NCBI GenBank assembly: GCA_002269645.1 | Contig: NIVC01000040.1 | Coordinates: 930,001-994,000, forward strand | Direction of reading: 5' to 3' | DNA: 64,000 bases | DNA from: Macrostomum lignano | Lineage: Eukaryota | Shown: one piece after another, positions 35,353 to 49,945 of the stretch | Layout of the letters: every line of letters begins with the position of its first letter | How positions within the stretch are numbered: position 1 is the first letter of the stretch | The notes under the pieces: generated by a model | What the model was told of the DNA's origin: nothing | Database searches by the model: none | What the model saw: the letters and a program-made list of their open reading frames with translations, nothing else | Translations under genes and position numbers: made by a program

Positions 35353-38300
35353 TCCAATCTCCTTCTATACTTGTCGATCCATTTTTCAGATCCAAGCTTT
35401 TTTAATTGTGCACTCTTGTTGCTATGCCGGAAAAAATTGTAAATAAAGCGAAGCTATACGACGTATTTCAAGTTTTATTTGGCAGTAGCAATAAGTTGTA
35501 TTGTAGAATAACCTAGTGGAATTTATTAAATCTATAGACACGTAGGTGAATGGAGTCTATAATAGAAAGGTGATTGAGATCTATGAGAATGCTGTTGCAA
35601 TCTATTGACAAGGTATGTGGAATTTATATACAGGTAGGTTCTATTTTTAGACAGGTTAGCATGGAAAAGTGGCATGGAATCTATCAATGAGTTGGTGGAA
35701 TCTATAGATGGGTTGGTGGAATCTATAGATGGATTGGTGGAGTCTATAGATGGATTGGTGGAATCTGTAAATGGGTTGGTGGAATCTGTATATGGGGGTG
35801 GTGGAGTCTATATAGATGAGTAGATTGAGGTGAATTAAATTTATAGACAGGTAGATGGATCTATAGACAGGTACTCGTAGGTGGATCTATAGACAGGTAT
35901 GTGGATCTATAGACAGGTAGGTGGATCTGTAGACAGGTAGGTAGTCTATAGACAGGTAGGTGGATTTATAGACAGGTAGGTGGGTGTATTATAGACAGGT
36001 AGGCGGATCTGTAGACAGGTAGGTAGATCTATAGCTAAGTTGATAGGATCTATAGACAAGTAGGTGGATCTATAGACAGGTAGGTGGATCTATAGACAGG
36101 TAGGTGGATCTGTAGACAGGTAGGTAGATCTATAGACTCGCAGGTGGAATCTATAGATAAGTTGATACGATCTATAGACAGGTAGGTGGATCTGTAGACA
36201 GGTAGGAGGATCTATAGACAGGTAGGTGGATCTATAGACAGGTAGGTGGATCTATAGACAGGTGGGTGGATCTATAGGTAGGTGGATCTATAGACAGGTA
36301 GGTGGATCTATAGACAGGTAGGTGGATCTAGAGACAGGTAGGTGGATCTATAGGTAGGTGGATCTATAGACAGGTAGGTGGATCTGTAGACAGGTAGGTG
36401 GATCTATAGACAGGTAGGTGGATCTATAGACAGGTAGGTGGATCTATAGACAGTTGGTGGATCTATAGACAGGTAGGTAGACCTATAGCCTCGCAGGTGG
36501 AATCTATAGCTAAGTTGATAGAATCTATAAAGGGGTGGTTTAGAATCGCTTGGTGGTGAATTCGAATCATAAAATAAACCAGTTTAATCAACAAGAAAAC
36601 CTGTTACATGCATTGGCTAAAACTGTCTCATATCTTGTAGGCTATTGATTCGTATTAATTACTTTCATTGCCCCATCAATAAACATTTTCTACCCCCATT
36701 ACAGTCACACTGGGGCTTAAATTTAACTATTAAAATCCACAGGCAAAATATCCCGTGAAGAAGCTGGAGAAGCTTCACATCAGACCATTGGAAGCTGAAA
36801 GCTCGGAAGTCGCTCAGGAAGAAGGCCGTGTCGACCACGACGACGACGATTACGACGAAGACGAACAAGAGGCGGCGAAAAGTCGTCGTCAATGGCGACA
36901 GAGCGGCGCAGGGGCCGAACAGCATCAGCGGTGCCGACCGAGCTCGCAGCAGTCACCTCGGCGGCTGCAGAATTATCGGCTGCACGTGGCGTGCATGCTT
37001 GAAGAGCAGAACTACGTTGATTTCTACCATAGACAGGGTGAGCGAAACAGCCTACTTTAAGTAGACTAATCTTATTATTTATAAACTCGATTTCACGTCG
37101 TCTATTTGTCGAAAACTCTTACTAGGCACTTCCGCTAGCTCCAACTTGAACTAATTCGTGAAATTAACAAGCGAAACTTTTCATATTAATCGTAAAAAAA
37201 CATCAGTGGTCTAATGATTGTTATACATCTTGCATTTCAGGACGGTCGTTGCAGCAACAGAAAACGCGGAATCCTCCCGTAAGATTTTTGAAATCAAGTT
37301 CTGAGCGATATGAAAGCAATTGATTGCAATCCATCTCTAAACCTACTGCATATCAATAATCCTTTGCTATACTTGCAGCCGAAACTGTCCAAGAAAGAAG
37401 TGGAGCGACGCGAGGCGATGGTAGCGGCCAAAAAGTTAATGTGAGTTCATGTTTTTTAATTGTAAGTTCTGAGGTCATTACAAGTATAGCAACCTAAATG
37501 TTCCGTGACTAAGCCGAATAAAAATACATCATCCGCCCAGTGACGAACCAAAGCAGCCCAGCGCTGGATGTCCCGCCGGAAGAAGTCCAAGCACCCATAG
37601 CAGCGCCTCTCGCTCTTCTGCTGATAAGAAACAGCCACAGCCTCAAGAAGACCAGCCGTCTAGCGAGAAGCGATTCAACGACGGTTCATCTTCAAAGTCG
37701 TCCCACAGCACTAAAAAATCTGAGAACAGCAAATCCGCATCAGGTCGAAGCTCTTCAGAGCCGGAGGTGGCGGTCCATATTCGAGTATTGGGCGGTGGGA
37801 AGCCAGAAAACGAGGATCGGCTCAGTAAAAGCAGCGGCAACAGCGTTGAGCAGGAGCCGGACAACAGATCCACCTCCGACAGGGATCGCAGCGTCAGTCC
37901 GGAGGTGGTACAAGCATCTAGGCGCTCAAGAACGCCGTCACCGCCACTTTCGCCGCAGCAGAAGCAGCAGAGCTCTCGCGAATCCTCCGTTGGCAAGGAA
38001 GAACGTAGTAAAAGCAGAAGCAGAAGCAGCAGTGAGAGCAGTAGCAGGGTCTACAGCGATAACAGCACCAGCAGAATCCACAGCAGCGACAGCAGCAGTA
38101 GCGTAGCGTCCAAATCCCTGTCCACGAATTCATCGAGCAGCGATCTGGTAGAGCAATCGAAAAAGTCAGCAGCGCCACCAGCTGCAGAGCAAAGTCCTCG
38201 TCAACAAGATGCAAGTCCGAATCAGTCAGCAGCGCCACCAGCTGCAGAGCAAAGTCCTCGTCAACAAGATGCAAGTCCGAATCAGTCAGCAGCGCCACCA

Positions 38301-38753
38301 GCTGCAGAGCAAAGTCCGCGTCAACCGGAGGCTGAGATCGAAGCTCCTCCAGCAACTCAGCAACTTGACAGCTCAACGGAAACTGGATCGAGTCCGGTAA
38401 AAACTTCCGACAAGTTCGACGCAGAAGCGGAGAAGCTGCAGGATTCAAGTCAGCAAGCTGATGAGCCATTGGTTTCAGCTGATGACCCCATGAGCGGCGC
38501 AGCGCAGTCCATGCCGACTGTTTCCGAATCGCCACAGAAGTCGTCAGTCGAGCCTCAAATAAAAGTTAAATCTCGGAAGAATAAGTACGGTTCCGACGAT
38601 TCGTCGTCCGTTGTATCGCTTGACGCCTCCAGCTCGTCCGCGCCTCTATCTGACGATGGCAGCAGCACCATCGACGGAGACGACAATATCAGCAGCAGCA
38701 GCGGCGAAATCTATGCTCGAAGAAGGGTCCGGCGACAAATGAAAAATAATTGA
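33832..38753 (+). CDS. Uncharacterised 8-exon protein (652 aa) with Ser-rich, low-complexity C-terminal half
   Basis: Exons 33832-33953, 34074-34146, 34338-34396, 34494-34590, 36743-37037, 37241-37278, 37379-37440, 37541-38753. All GT-AG, phases consistent, total 1959 nt. No family recognised. Confidence 0.85.
35690..36500. repeat. 20-bp minisatellite (gtggatctatagacaggtag) in intron 4 of the orphan gene
   Basis: Direct reading. Confidence 0.93.
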
Positions 38754-39995
38754 AAACGAATGGAAACTCTGCTCGTTTTTTAGTTCGAACCACTGATTCT
38801 AAAAATACTACTATAGAGAGTAAAACAGTTACATTTTTATTTACATATTATTAATCGGAAGAAAGTTCAGAAGGTGAAAAAATTCTGTCAAAGTCAAGAA
38901 AGAACTCATGATACATGATACTTAATGGCTTAAAATATGTATAGTAAGTTTCAAGCATAGCTACTGTTTGTAAGTAGTACTAATCTAACTAATCTAATAT
39001 AGAGCGATGATTCAGTAATTTTCTTAATTTTCTTAGGATCGCTGACGCTTTTTGGTGATTATTTGGTGATTTTTGCAGACTGCATCTTAACGATCTTTAT
39101 TTAATTAATTTATAGCTAAAATAAAATTTGACAGGCAAAAAATTGAACAAAAAAACAATAATTTTCTATATAATGTGACAAATCAACTTATTATTTTATC
39201 TAGTTTGGGTTCACTTAGAGCACCTGGATTTGTTTATCTTTGTTTACAGCAAATTCTTACAGATTGGCACTGTATTAATTAAGTTAATAACATTGAGATT
39301 TGTGGCAAAATTATTATTTGCTTTTTTTCACGCTTGTAATTTGACTGATTAAAATCGTATACATATGCATGTACAATGAATTTCATGGTATTTGGTGTGA
39401 GTTAATACTTAGATACAGACCATTCGGATATTCTCGGATTTATTTTAGTGTTTATTTCCTTCATAACAATGTGATTACTTCTGTCGTATTTATAATTTGT
39501 TTTAATGAACTCACGTTGACTGTTTAATAGTCACTATATAATATTTAAATCATCGTAAAATCTCAAATATATTTATTAAATTATATTTGTATTTATCGAT
39601 TTTATTTATCAATTTTTCAAATTCAATTTTAACAAAGTGAAACTTCTTATTGGTGTTTGTAGTAACGATTGTTTTTAAATATCAGAACAGAGTATGTACC
39701 ATGTACATGGATGTATAACGTGACATGGCTTTTGTGTTACATTGAATGCATACATACCTTCACATTAAATTGCTTTTCAAGGTCAGGGTAATTCGTAGCC
39801 ATCGAAGAGACATCAATTAACGATCCACCACAACTATTGTACAGAAAATACAAAAATAATAAAAATGAAATACTACGTGTTTCTCAATGCATGTGTAGTT
39901 TGGTATATTTGTAGGTCTATAGGCCTAAATACAATATGTTAATTCATTTACGATGATAGCTGATAAACTGGCTAAAATTAATAAATCTTCGCAAT

Positions 39996-42900
39996 TTCCA
40001 CGAATGCCCCTGTCATGCTGCAGCCCTGCACTCAATTGTTGTTGTTAAACGGAGTGCCTAGCAGTGAGGGGTGCTCGCGCACTGTACTCTGCACCACTGG
40101 CTTACCTCTCCTCTTTTATGCCTTTTATAACAACGTGGCCGCACATGATTGGCGGAGGAGGTGAGGGACGTGATGGCCGAGTCTGTTTACTTTTCAGAGC
40201 TCGACGTCGCCAAAGTCTTCAATCAAATTGAAGTCGCCGAAGAGTCCAGGGACCTGCTGATGTTCTCCACGCCCATCGGTACACGTCCGCCTCGGAGATC
40301 CTGCAGCGGGTGACGACTTCCGTCCTGAGCGGTCTCCCGGGCGTAAAGTGGATGTATGACGACATCCTGGTGTACACAAATTACATCAAGGAGCACAATC
40401 AGCGTCTTCGAGACTGTCTGGCTCGGCCAAAGAAGAACGATAAATCACACTGAATGCCAAGAAGTGTCGGTTCGCCCAGCGGGAGGTCAACTTCCTCTTT
40501 TGTAGAGTGTTCTACCTCCCGTTAAAAAAGCTTAAAAGAAGATAATCGTATAATGCTACTATAAGTAAGTAAGTACACGCATGTGCGCCTAAGCTTTGAA
40601 TGAATCACGCTACCAGGAAAAGATGTTACCAAAATGATACGCCATGAGCCATTTTCCCCTTTTAGCGCAACACGTGGTTTGTAATGATGCCATTTTGGAT
40701 CAAAGAGTTGCCTATAAATACAAGCAGTCCGAAGCGGACCAGGAGCCAACTCCCGACGAGAGGAGAAGCTCCGAAGAGGAGGCCTTAGGAGAACTTCCTG
40801 ATCAACCAAGTCAATCGAGGCTCGGTCGAGTTGTTGCGGTAAGCCTTCCTTATTTGCGCCCGTTGTGTTAGAGACGTCTCGCTCAAGTCTATTGAGACTT
40901 GAGTCTATTTGAGTCTGTTGAGACTCTTGAGTCTGTTTAGACTCCATTGGTTGCAGTCTCCAGAAGGACTGCCCCTGATAGATCTTAGGAGACTATCAGT
41001 GGTTTCCGGAGCCATACCTAGAGTGCATAGAGGCACTGCTAGAAGAAGGAGGCTTAATTCAGACCGCAGTTTGGCGCAGGGATCCCATTGTTAATTCGGA
41101 AGCTTCCCATTGGTCCGAGCGACAGAATCCGGCCGGAACTATTTGAAGAAGAAAGAAGAATCGGACCCGATCTACAAACGAAAGTCAGAAGTGACTATAC
41201 GAGAGCAACTGAAAACAATCGAGAGTTACTCCGAGAGATCTCCAAAGGACTCAAGGTAATTGAATACCTTCTGTTGACTTACTGGGTTGCCTAGCTATTC
41301 GTATATAGTACTTATCTTCTATATAGTACTTATCTTCGTATATTATCTTCGTATATAGTACTTATTCGTATATAGCACTGCTAGAAGAAGGAGGCTTAAT
41401 TCAGACCGCAGTTTGGCGCAGGGATCCCATTGTTAATTCGGAAGCTTCCCATTGGTCCGAGCGACAGAATCCGGCCGGAACTATTTGAAGAAGAAAGAAG
41501 AATCGGACCCGATCTACAAACGAAAGTCAGAAGTGACTATACGAGAGCAACTGAAAACAATCGAGAGTTACTCCGAGAGATCTCCAAAGGACTCAAGGTA
41601 ATTGAATACCTTCTGTTGACTTACTGGGTTGCCTAGCTATTGAGCTAGAAGTGATTGTTCCTTAATTATCGAGAGTCGGGTAATAAGGAACACATCACCT
41701 CGCCATGCAACTCACGGCCGCCGGCATCCACCCGAGCAAGGAGAAGGTGGAGGCCATCCGCAACTTCAAGCGGCCGACCAACGCGACCGAGGTCCGCTCC
41801 TTTCTGGGCCTCGTCACCTTCGTGGCCCGCTTCATCAGCAACCTGTCCTATAAGGCCCACCAGCCGTTGCGGGAGGTGACGAAGCGAGCCACCGAGTGGA
41901 CATGGGGCGAGCAGCAGGAAGCCGCCTTCAACGACATCAAGCGCACGATCTCCAGCAGCCAGGCGCTGACATTCTTCAACAGCGAACTGCAGACCCGGCT
42001 GATCGTAGACGCCAGCCCGACCGGCGTCGGCGCCATCCTTGCCCCAGGTGCAGCCGGACGGATCGACACGGCCGGTGGCCTACGCCAGCCGCAGCCTGAG
42101 CCCGACGGAGCAGCGCAACTCCCAGACGGAGCGGAGCGTGAGGCCCTGGCGGTGAAGTACGGCGGCCTGAAATTCTATCTCTACCTCAGCCGCGGCGGAC
42201 AGTTCAAGGTCATCACAGACCACAAGCCGCTGTTCTCGCTGTTCAGCCCGGGATCTCGGCCACCGCCACGGATCGAGCGAATGGGACTGCGGCTGCAAGA
42301 CCTCGTGTTCCATGTGGTGTACCAGCCCGGCGCCAACAACCCGTCTGACGTTTTGAGCCGCCAGCCGCTGTCGATGCCGCCCAACAACGTTGGGGAACAG
42401 AAGACGTCATCTACGTGGCCACGGCAGTCCAAGCGGCAACGCCGATGTCCATCAGCCTGGTGACCATCAAAGCGACCTCCGACACAAGATGCTACAGTCC
42501 AAGCTACGCTTCACGGCATCCGCGGTCATCGCTGGGACAAGAGCGACCCGAACCTGAAGGGGCTGCACGGCGTCGCTCACGAGTTGTTCGAGCTCGACGG
42601 CCTGCTGCTGCGTCTGGGCCAGATCTTCATGCCTACAGCACTGCGCTACCGGTGCCTGCAGCTGGCGCATCAAGGCCACCAGGGCATCAGAAAGACGCTG
42701 GATCGCCTGCAAGCCAAGGTCTGCTGTTGGCCCAGCATGCGAGCATCGGTTGAGCCGCACGTGGCGGCTTGCCTGAGCTGCCAGATTTGCACCCGCGAGA
42801 CCACGCCGAAGGCGACGCCGCTCAAGCCGACCGAACTACCCGTGGCGCCCTGGCTGGAGCTCGGCATGGACTTTCTCGGGCCCGTGAACGGCAAGTTGCT

Positions 42901-43656
42901 GCTCGTCTGCACGGGCCACTTCTCGCGCTTTCAGCATCTTTGCATCTTTTTTCATCTTTGGGCAGCCGATGAAAGTGACGACCGACAACGGGCCGCCCTT
43001 CGCGTCGGCCGAGTTTAGCAGCTTCCTAGCGGACCAAGGCGCCAGACACCACCGAATCACTCCGCTGTACCCACAGGCCAACGGCGCTACGGAAATGTGC
43101 AACCAGGGGCTCAACAAGGCCATCCGTGCGGCCGTGGTCGAAGGCGGGACTGGACGGCAGCGATCGACGAGTACCTGGCTGCGTACAGACGCATTCCACA
43201 CAGCGCTACTGGGATCGCGCCCGCCAGCCTCCTGTTCGGGCGGCAGATCATCGACACGATCCCCAACCTCCGGCACTCGCAGCCGGTGGACGCGACGAGA
43301 GCAGCCACCAAAGACAAGGATCAGCAGTCCAACGAGAAAATGAAGCGCTACGCCGACCAAAGGGCCAAGGCAGCAGACCACGACATTCGGCCAGGAGACC
43401 GCGTACTGCGACGGCTGCAGTCCAGACAAAAGGCCGACGCCTTCTACGAGTCAACGCCGTGGGTCGTGTCTGAAGTGCTCGACGAATTCCACGAGTTCCA
43501 CGAATGCCCCTGTCATGCTGCAGCCTTGCACTCAATTGTTGTTAAACGGGGTGCATAGCAGTGCGGGGTGCTCGCTCACTTTACTCATTCACTGTACTCT
43601 GCACCCTGCTTACCTCTCCCCTTTTATGCGTTTTATACCAACGTGGCCGCATATGA
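39996..43656 (+). mobile_element. Decayed Ty3/gypsy pol (RT-RNaseH-integrase) flanked by ~155-bp direct repeats
   Basis: RT motifs ELDVAKVFNQIEVAEES and NAKKCRFAQREVNFL; VRSFLG; DAS; TDHKPL; integrase H..H..C..C, MDFLGP, TDNGP, YPQANG.TE. Several frameshifts. Repeats at 39996-40148 and 43496-43656. Confidence 0.88.
40498..41697. mobile_element. 1.2-kb insertion into gypsy RT, with internal ~265-bp direct repeat
   Basis: RT is interrupted between aacttcctc and cctcgccatg (cctc on both sides); internal repeat 41034-41300 / 41376-41641. Confidence 0.7.
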
Positions 43657-45376
43657 CTGACTGAGGCCTGAGGCCCCCAATACATGTATATCGGCGCTCT
43701 CACCCTACTTGGAGGGCCGAGCGTTTTCGCACTGCAAAATCAATTCTGACTCCCGAGTCATTATAGCCCCTAAATTTTACTACATGTAGGTTTACTCCAT
43801 TTATGCGACTTTTTCCGGTAGCAAAATTAGTGCCTGAGCGGTAATTTATAAGACACTGTACTTTATTTTTTAAGTCCGAAATTTTAGCGCTCCCTGGGAT
43901 CAAGGGTGACCAGCGATAGGATTTTTATTTCTATATACTACATTATTGTTTAATTTGTTTGAACACCTAAACGTTTCCTAAATTTGCTACATGTATTTCG
44001 CCTAAGTTCCTAATTCCTACCTACGTTTTAGCCTTCACGGCTTGTATTTTTGAGTCCTCGCCGCTTTCACGACATTTGAGACGGACAGGTGAACTTATTA
44101 TTAGTTGGCGTACGGTAAAACAAATAATGATAATTCATAACAAAGAGAAATTTATACAAAAATTTAAGTTTATACGCTTAAAACAAAAATAAAATTGCTG
44201 ATTGGCAGACGTACTATGTGCAATTACTACTACTGCGAGTAAGAAGATACGATATTATTCGAGCCCTACTATATTATTAATAACAGTAGGACCCAGCGAT
44301 TTTTCCGCCGTCGAACTACCAAGAAGAAGCCGGATTCCCCCCTGGCAATTTCTTTTGCTGCGCCGGAACGGAGCAACACCGGCACACGAAATTCAAGAAC
44401 ACGGGCTAACATTTTGTTGCGCACCTTCTCAAACAAGAATCAAGTCGCCAGCCCTTCGGACCGTCGAGATATTTTACGATTCTGCCAGAAGGTCGGATTT
44501 TTCCCATAAGCGCCAGTGTATTCAGTACGAACCTGTGCGCCCATCAGCACTGCGCCTCAGTGCAGTCTTGCCAAGCCTCCAAATTTCATCAGCACGTCGA
44601 CCACACGTGTCTGCATCAGCTCTGACTTTGTTGGTCACTGGCCTTCACCCAGGCGGAGCTTCTGGACCTTCAACAGGTGGCACCATGTAGTTGACCATGA
44701 ACACCCTGATGCGAATTTCTCTAGTTTCGCTGATCAAGCCTCGACTGTCGGACATCCTCAACTAGTCTCTCAAGCATTCAGTCATCCCCTCGACGCCGTT
44801 GGCACTTTCAAATCGGAATTTAATAAAACAAACAAATAAAGAACACAGTATACTCGAGCTTTTATTGCTCTCGGTACCAATCGGAAGCATCAAGACAGTT
44901 GCATTTTATTTACTAAGCCAGCTGAGTTATGTATTCAATCAACCAATACGTTAATGTATTTTACGGAGCCCAGGTGCTCGAAAAATCAACAAAACTTTTA
45001 TCTGACCCGCTCTGACGGGCAGCGGGACAAGCAGCTCACTGTGAGAACGAGCAGGTGGGTTGAGAACCGCTAAACGGCTTAAAATTAACGATCGAGAAAG
45101 CCATGAGTCTGCTGCAGCATATTTTAAGAATTGATGTGGGGCTAATAGGCTCGATACTGCTAAGTTGTAGCGATAAACTAATCAATAGCATGCTAAGTAT
45201 GCCGCTGCTGCAAATTCTACTTCCGTTGCCTAAGAACCGTGAGATCGCTCCAGTGATTGACGCATGCAGCGGGGTTTCAGGAGCGAACGTGCAGCTAAGC
45301 TTTTACATTGGACTGAATGAGCATAGAGGCGTCATTATGTTTGAGAGGTCCCAGCTCAGTCAGTCAGTAAGTTAAC

Positions 45377-46810
<1,434 letters not shown>

Positions 46811-47318
46811 TTGATTCATGGACATACTGCATGGGAAGTCTGTTTATACGCGGCGCAATAACAGCGGCAATGAGTCATTCAGGCCTCCGGCCTCAGCGAT
46901 AGAGAATCGCCAATTCCCCAGCTCGTGACAGCTCTTATAATGTACGATCGCTAGCAACAGCTGTGTGAGCTTGCTGCTCTACATATTGTGACTATATGAG
47001 TAGCAGAGTAGCGATATGGGAAATTGCACAAGAGTGAGAAAGGGTGGGAAAATTAGTTGAGAGTCGAGTTGGAGAGTGACAGAGGGAGCTGCTAGTGCTA
47101 TAAGTAGGCTGAATTGGCTACATACAGACCTGATATACGTACTATACTTTATTGCTTACGGCTTTTGTTCATAGTTAATTATACAAGACACGCGGAGAAA
47201 CCTATATAGTGTATATACAACCTAATATAATTCTATTACTAGTGCTCAATTCATGCGCCTCAGACTTTTCCCAATACAATTTACATATTTGTAATAGCAG
47301 TTAACTTACTACACCTCG

Positions 47319-47544
47319 CACGGTTGGGCTGGAATAAGATTTCGGGGTAAAAAAATGCCCAATAAAACGACCACTGCAGTGTGATAGAGGAACATCTCAG
47401 CTGCTAGGGGAATATTTTCCTAAAATGAAATCGGTTTGTCCTGACCAGTTATGCCTAATTATGTTAATTAGCTAGCATAATTAATTTATGTACTCGAAAT
47501 TAGCCGTTTCCTTCGTGTGAAATCGCCTAAAAACTGCTTTTATG
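47319..47544 (+). repeat. Left terminal inverted repeat (226 bp)
   Basis: Reverse complement of 50550-50775 with 5 substitutions. Confidence 0.97.
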
Positions 47545-47902
47545 GCCTGGTCTGCTTTTATGTTTTTATGATATAAACTGCTATTATACTGGATGAGCAG
47601 TTGCTAATCAGAATGTATGCAGCAGCCAATGCTCTGCTCTAGCTTCAATATGAACTGTTGTGCTCTAGGTCTCACGCACTCTCTTTGCTCAATATCGAAA
47701 TTAGCACATGAACGTACGTACGTTCGTACTGTTCTATTTCATATGCGTCGGACTGTCAGATGTACATTGATTATTGCAACTTTCATAGCCAACTCATATC
47801 AGCACTCAAATAAATATCACAACCAATACTCAAGTCAAGGCCAAATTCAAAACATTTGTCTCTTGCATCAGTGGCCAGCGATCAATTTCAGAATTTCAGA
47901 AT

Positions 47903-49945
47903 ATGCCGAATGCAAAAAAATCACATGAGGAGTGCAGAGAGAGTCTGTGTTTGCTCTGTTTGCGGAAAGCCTCGCGCTCAATTTGGTCGGTAGCCAATTT
48001 TTCTGCTGAGGATTTGGTGCCGAATTTCGCCTCTGTACAGCACATTCTGCCGACCGGCTTGTGTGACGGGTGTCGACGCATCATTTCATCTCTATCTGGT
48101 CCAGCGCCTCGTGAGTTGCCACCAAGGCTAAACTATGAGCAGATGGTTGCCGACCTGCAGAGTCTGCCTCCGTCCACAAGAAATAATCCGCATTGCTCTT
48201 GCGAACTGTGCGAGCTTGCCAGATCGAAGAACAGCAGCAAGTTGACAACTTCTGTCAGCTCTTACAGTACTGGCGCTGCTGCATCTCGTCCAGGACGACC
48301 TCGAAAACATCCATTGTCGGCAGCTGATGCAGCACAACCACAGTTCATTTGCTCGTTTTGTCGATCAGAAATTGGCCGTGGCAAGAAACACAACTGCTCA
48401 AGAGCAACGCGACTGACTAATCTGCAGCAGGGTGTCAGTCCTGATACGCAGGACATGCTGGCCAGCAGCTGCATATCAACAAAAGCTGCAGCAAGTGGCT
48501 CCAGCTGTGTTTCCTTGTCACGGATGGAAGGTGGTCGCCCAATGCGCGTGACTGTTGGTGCTAGTGTGGGCAATGGAGCAACCAGCTTCCCTGCAACTTC
48601 TATCAGCACAATGAAGACACTGAAAGGTGTGCTGAATCTTAGCAACAATCAGACGCTGCAGGTCGCGCAGGTACTGAGAGCTGGTGCAAGCTCTTCGCGA
48701 GCAGTTGAATCTAGGCTGAAAGATTCATTAGTGACTCAGAATCGTGTATTGGAAGACTTTTTTAAACTTAAGACACTTCAATTCGAGCTGTCATCTTCTG
48801 CCATTGGTGATCGTGCTGCTGTCCTCTGCACTGATGCTTCGCGCCTCATTGAATTTATTGTCCAACAGCGAGGAGCCTCTAACTTCGAATGCCGGCTGGG
48901 GCTTGATGGTGGCGGAGGTTTTTTTAAGATTTGCGTGTCTGTCGTTGCGTCCACGTCTGACCATCAGGTGCACGGCGGTGCTGCTGCAGTTCACGAAAGT
49001 GTGCGACGCCACTCACAGTTCAATGACGCCGGAGTGAAAAAAATTATAGTTCTCGCAATCGTCAACGACATCTCAGAAACGTACAAAAATGTAAAAACAC
49101 TGCTACAGGCTGTTTCTGTGGTAGAGCTGTCTGCTGTGACTGTCACAGACATGAAGCTAGCAAACATTCTCTGCGGACTCCAGCCTCACTCGTGTGCTCA
49201 CCCATGTCCGTACTGCGAGTCTACTGCACCACTGACGACAAGCGGCAGGCCACGAACCCTCGGTAGAATTCGGCAGAAAGTGCAGGAGTTCAATTCTGCT
49301 GGACGAGTTTGGAGCAGAGCGAAGCAGTTCATGAACTGTGTCAATCTGCCGCTGCTGGCTGGTGATGATGACGAGGAAGTGCTGATGCTGCTGCCCCCTC
49401 CTGAACTGCATCTTCTGCTCGGAATCAGTAACAAATTGCTTGATTCTTTGAACGAAGCTTGGGGCGAAGACCGCGGATTTGCATGGCTACAATCTCACGG
49501 CATCGTGCGAGCGGGGTACCGCGGCGGCACAATGGAAGGCAACGCTTGTCGCAAATTGCTGCTGATGGCTGAGGTTCTTCTTGAAGACGTTCCTCATGAA
49601 CTACAGCCCTTCGCCCAGTGCTTGATTTGCTTCAACAGCGTTGTTAATGGAGCATTTGGCCAGGAATTGGTCCCGGATTTTGGTGAGCGAATCGAAAATT
49701 TTGGAGCTGCATACCTGGCACTGGGATTGACTGTCACGCCCAAAGTGCATGTTCTCCTTTGCCACGTGAGCGACTTCTGCCATCGCACTGGTCGTGCACT
49801 TGGAACTTGTAGCGAACAGGCAGTAGAGAGCGCACACTCGGATTTCCAGCGGACTTGGCAGCGCTACAGGCTGCCAGCCGATCACCCACAGTTCGGCAAT
49901 AGGCTGCTGCAGGCAACAGTGGCGTATAACAGCTGGCATATCTAA
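47903..49945 (+). CDS. DDE transposase with RAG1-like N-terminal zinc-binding region and RAG1/Transib-like core (680 aa)
   Basis: N-terminal H-x7-C-x2-C...C-x2-C...H-C-x-C-x2-C...GRPRK; core LGLDGG (D1), TDMKL (D2), CPYC, ELHLLLG, MEGNACRKLL, KVHVLLCH, SEQAVESAH (E). Confidence 0.9.
   Translation: MPNAKKSHEECRESLCLLCLRKASRSIWSVANFSAEDLVPNFASVQHILPTGLCDGCRRIISSLSGPAPRELPPRLNYEQMVADLQSLPPSTRNNPHCSCELCELARSKNSSKLTTSVSSYSTGAAASRPGRPRKHPLSAADAAQPQFICSFCRSEIGRGKKHNCSRATRLTNLQQGVSPDTQDMLASSCISTKAAASGSSCVSLSRMEGGRPMRVTVGASVGNGATSFPATSISTMKTLKGVLNLSNNQTLQVAQVLRAGASSSRAVESRLKDSLVTQNRVLEDFFKLKTLQFELSSSAIGDRAAVLCTDASRLIEFIVQQRGASNFECRLGLDGGGGFFKICVSVVASTSDHQVHGGAAAVHESVRRHSQFNDAGVKKIIVLAIVNDISETYKNVKTLLQAVSVVELSAVTVTDMKLANILCGLQPHSCAHPCPYCESTAPLTTSGRPRTLGRIRQKVQEFNSAGRVWSRAKQFMNCVNLPLLAGDDDEEVLMLLPPPELHLLLGISNKLLDSLNEAWGEDRGFAWLQSHGIVRAGYRGGTMEGNACRKLLLMAEVLLEDVPHELQPFAQCLICFNSVVNGAFGQELVPDFGERIENFGAAYLALGLTVTPKVHVLLCHVSDFCHRTGRALGTCSEQAVESAHSDFQRTWQRYRLPADHPQFGNRLLQATVAYNSWHI

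Noticed and set aside
44202-44839. 162-aa and 107-aa ORFs
   Set aside because: Non-ATG starts, no recognisable motif and no convincing splice partners.
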